A DNA stretch of 64,000 bases, from the NCBI GenBank assembly GCA_044070495.1, contig JBIPSI010000013.1, positions 88,581-152,580 on the forward strand, written 5' to 3'. The notes under the pieces were generated by a model. The model saw nothing but the letters and a program-made list of their open reading frames with translations, ran no database searches and had not been told where the DNA came from. Of the stretch, positions 62,174 to 64,000 are shown one piece after another. Position 1 is the first letter of the stretch, and each line of letters starts with the position of its first letter. Both the position numbers and the translations under genes were made by a program. This stretch comes from Spirulina sp. (GTDB lineage Bacteria; Cyanobacteriota; Cyanobacteriia; Phormidesmidales; Phormidesmidaceae).

Positions 62174-63046
62174 GTGGCACTCTCCGTTGCCTCCCCAATT
62201 TCTCTGACCGTCCCTTCAACGCTTTCGTCAGGCGCAGTGGCCCGTCCATTTCTGAAGTGGGCGGGGGGAAAGGGGCGCTTACTCAGCCAGTATGAACCCT
62301 ATTTCCCAACGACTTGCGCCACCTATTACGAACCCTTTGTGGGCGGTGGAGCCGTCTTTTTTCACCTCGCCAACCGAATGCAGCGGGCCGTACTCGGAGA
62401 CATCAACCCGGAACTGGTGAATGTCTATCGCTGGGTGCGGGACGCCCCCAGGGCGCTGATGGCTAAGCTAGAGCACCACAAACGCCACCATAGTCCCGAC
62501 TATTACTACCACGTCCGACAGCAGCACCATCTCCCCCTGCCCCTTGACCGGGCGGCGCGGCTGATTTACCTCAACAAAACCTGCTATAACGGCCTCTACC
62601 GAGAAAACTCCCAGGGGCAGTTCAACGTTCCCGTCGGGCGCTACAAAAATCCTGGCATCTGCGATCCCGATTTGATCTGGGCGGCTTCGGTCGCCTTGCA
62701 ACGAACGCAGATTGTCGAGCTACCCTTCACCGATATTCTGCAACAGCCGCTCACCCCCCAGGATTTCGTCTACCTCGACCCGCCCTACCATCCCATCAGC
62801 GCCACCAGCCACTTCACCCACTACAGCCGCTACGGCTTTGGCCCCGCCGACCAAGAACGCCTTGCCCAGGTGTTTCGTCAACTGGCCGACCAAGGGGTGC
62901 GGGTGATGCTGTCGAACTCTGATTGTGAGTTCATTCGCAACCTGTACGACGGCTTCCCAATTCATTCCATCCAGGCGGCGCGGATGATCAACACCAACGC
63001 CAAACGCCGGGGCAAAATTAACGAACTGCTGATCACCTCTTACTAA
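62174..63046 (+). CDS. dam: Dam/D12-class N6-adenine DNA methyltransferase
   Basis: FLKWAGGK, YYEPFVGGGAV, DIN, YNGLYRENS.G.FNVP.G, YLDPPY, MLSNS; start uncertain. Confidence 0.9.
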   Translation: MALSVASPISLTVPSTLSSGAVARPFLKWAGGKGRLLSQYEPYFPTTCATYYEPFVGGGAVFFHLANRMQRAVLGDINPELVNVYRWVRDAPRALMAKLEHHKRHHSPDYYYHVRQQHHLPLPLDRAARLIYLNKTCYNGLYRENSQGQFNVPVGRYKNPGICDPDLIWAASVALQRTQIVELPFTDILQQPLTPQDFVYLDPPYHPISATSHFTHYSRYGFGPADQERLAQVFRQLADQGVRVMLSNSDCEFIRNLYDGFPIHSIQAARMINTNAKRRGKINELLITSY

Positions 63047-63177
63047 GAGGGCGTTTGAAAAGGGTTGCCTCAGGTGCAATTGGTCGCTAGATCGGTGCAA
63101 ATCTACGGGATTTTTGACGACTGAGGCTGACCTCATCGGTATAACTTGGGACGAGCTTCGGCTTTTCAAACGTCCTC
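63047..63177. mobile_element. 131-bp IS5 (IS1031-like) MITE, copy 1
   Basis: TIR GAGGGCGTTTGAAAAG / CTTTTCAAACGTCCTC; TAA duplicated at 63044-63046 and 63178-63180. Confidence 0.9.
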
Positions 63178-63278
63178 TAAGCCCTAATTAACCCAAATCC
63201 GGGATAAGAAAGGTTGCTGTCCGGGCAAGTTCTCTACGGGCACCCTTCCGAGGAGAGGGCGGGGGGGTTCCCACACGA

Positions 63279-63863
63279 TTAACGCAGCAAGGGAGGAAAC
63301 AGCGGCCCCCTCGCACTGGGTTGACCGACCAGTTGAGGCACAAACCGCTGTAATAGGCGAATGGCCGGTATGCTGGCGGCAAGGCTAATCAGGGTCAGCG
63401 CTGTGCACAGTAGAAAGACGATCCAACCCGCATCCAACAGAGAAAGACCCAACTTGCCAAAGATGGGCTTGGCCAGTCCGGCAAAAAAGAAATTGAGTCC
63501 CAGCAGGATCAGCGTGTTTTTTCCAATACATTCGACCGCTTTGCCCCCAGGCAGGGTCTGCGCCAGCCAGATTATGAACAATGAGCCAGACAGGGCCGAA
63601 GCTAGGAAGAGCGGTAGGTTTCCATGGCTTAGGGCGGCCATCAGCACCAGTTCCCGATCAGCGATGAAGGGGCCTTGATTGAGGTCGTAGAGACTGAGGG
63701 TTAGCACCAAACTGAGGGCTAGACCTGCATACCGAAACCGCTTTTCGGGCGTTGCTATAGCCCCCCACTGCTTCAGGATGATCCCGATTTGATAGAGGCC
63801 AAAGGCAACCAGCGCTTCATCGACATACCAGAAGTTGTTGCCCACAATAGGCAGGTTCTCTAA
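63279..63863 (-). pseudogene. C-terminal part of an acyltransferase-3-like membrane protein gene, interrupted by a MITE
   Basis: Multi-TM frame ...WYVDEALVAFGLYQIG...IGKNTLILLGLN...RFVPQLVG; the upstream frame hits TGA inside the MITE. Confidence 0.7.
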
Positions 63864-63994
63864 GAGGGCGTTTGAAAAGGGTTGCCTCAGGTGCGATTGG
63901 TCGCTAGATCGGTGCAAATCTACGGGATTTTTGACGACTGAGGCTGACCTCATCGGTATAACTTGGGACAAGCTTCGGCTTTTCAAACGTCCTC
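63864..63994. mobile_element. 131-bp IS5 (IS1031-like) MITE, copy 2
   Basis: Differs from copy 1 at about 2 positions; TAA duplicated at 63861-63863 and 63995-63997. Confidence 0.92.
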
Positions 63995-64000
63995 TAACTG

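Noticed and set aside
62174..63046. Restriction-modification system around dam
   Set aside because: No endonuclease gene is adjacent; it appears to be an orphan methylase
62720..63169. ORF starting MKSRSSSQVIPMRSASVV, resembling the start of 63279-63986
   Set aside because: The shared sequence is the translated MITE; the rest is antisense to dam

Overview
A 64-kb chromosomal window from a cyanobacterium with moderately high GC. Gene content and repeat families suggest a filamentous Leptolyngbya/Nodosilinea-like organism; that taxon is an inference. Most of the window is core metabolism: mntCAB, ssaD plus 2-oxoglutarate decarboxylase, ccmK, psaK, ftsQ-ftsZ-thiD, rpsN, desB, por, gltB/gltD, purN, rpe, ndk and a Dam-type methylase. 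Accessory or unusual parts: (1) a co-directional OmpR regulator, sensor kinase, (Glu-Ser-Gly)n lipoprotein, PiuC-type Fe(II)/2OG dioxygenase and duplicated PepSY-TM gene cluster with its own direct-repeat operator (54.1-58.1 kb), the best candidate for an uncharacterised system; (2) an AT-rich island of unknown and toxin-antitoxin genes splitting gltB from gltD, with more TA genes downstream of gltD; (3) at least three MITE families with readable terminal repeats, including two nested insertions and one insertion that breaks an acyltransferase gene; (4) apparent absence of CGATCG, the HIP1 core, from the whole window (scanned by eye). No rRNA, tRNA, CRISPR array or intact transposase was seen. 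Product calls rest on recalled protein motifs, not database searches. Several start codons were adjusted from the ORF track by eye.
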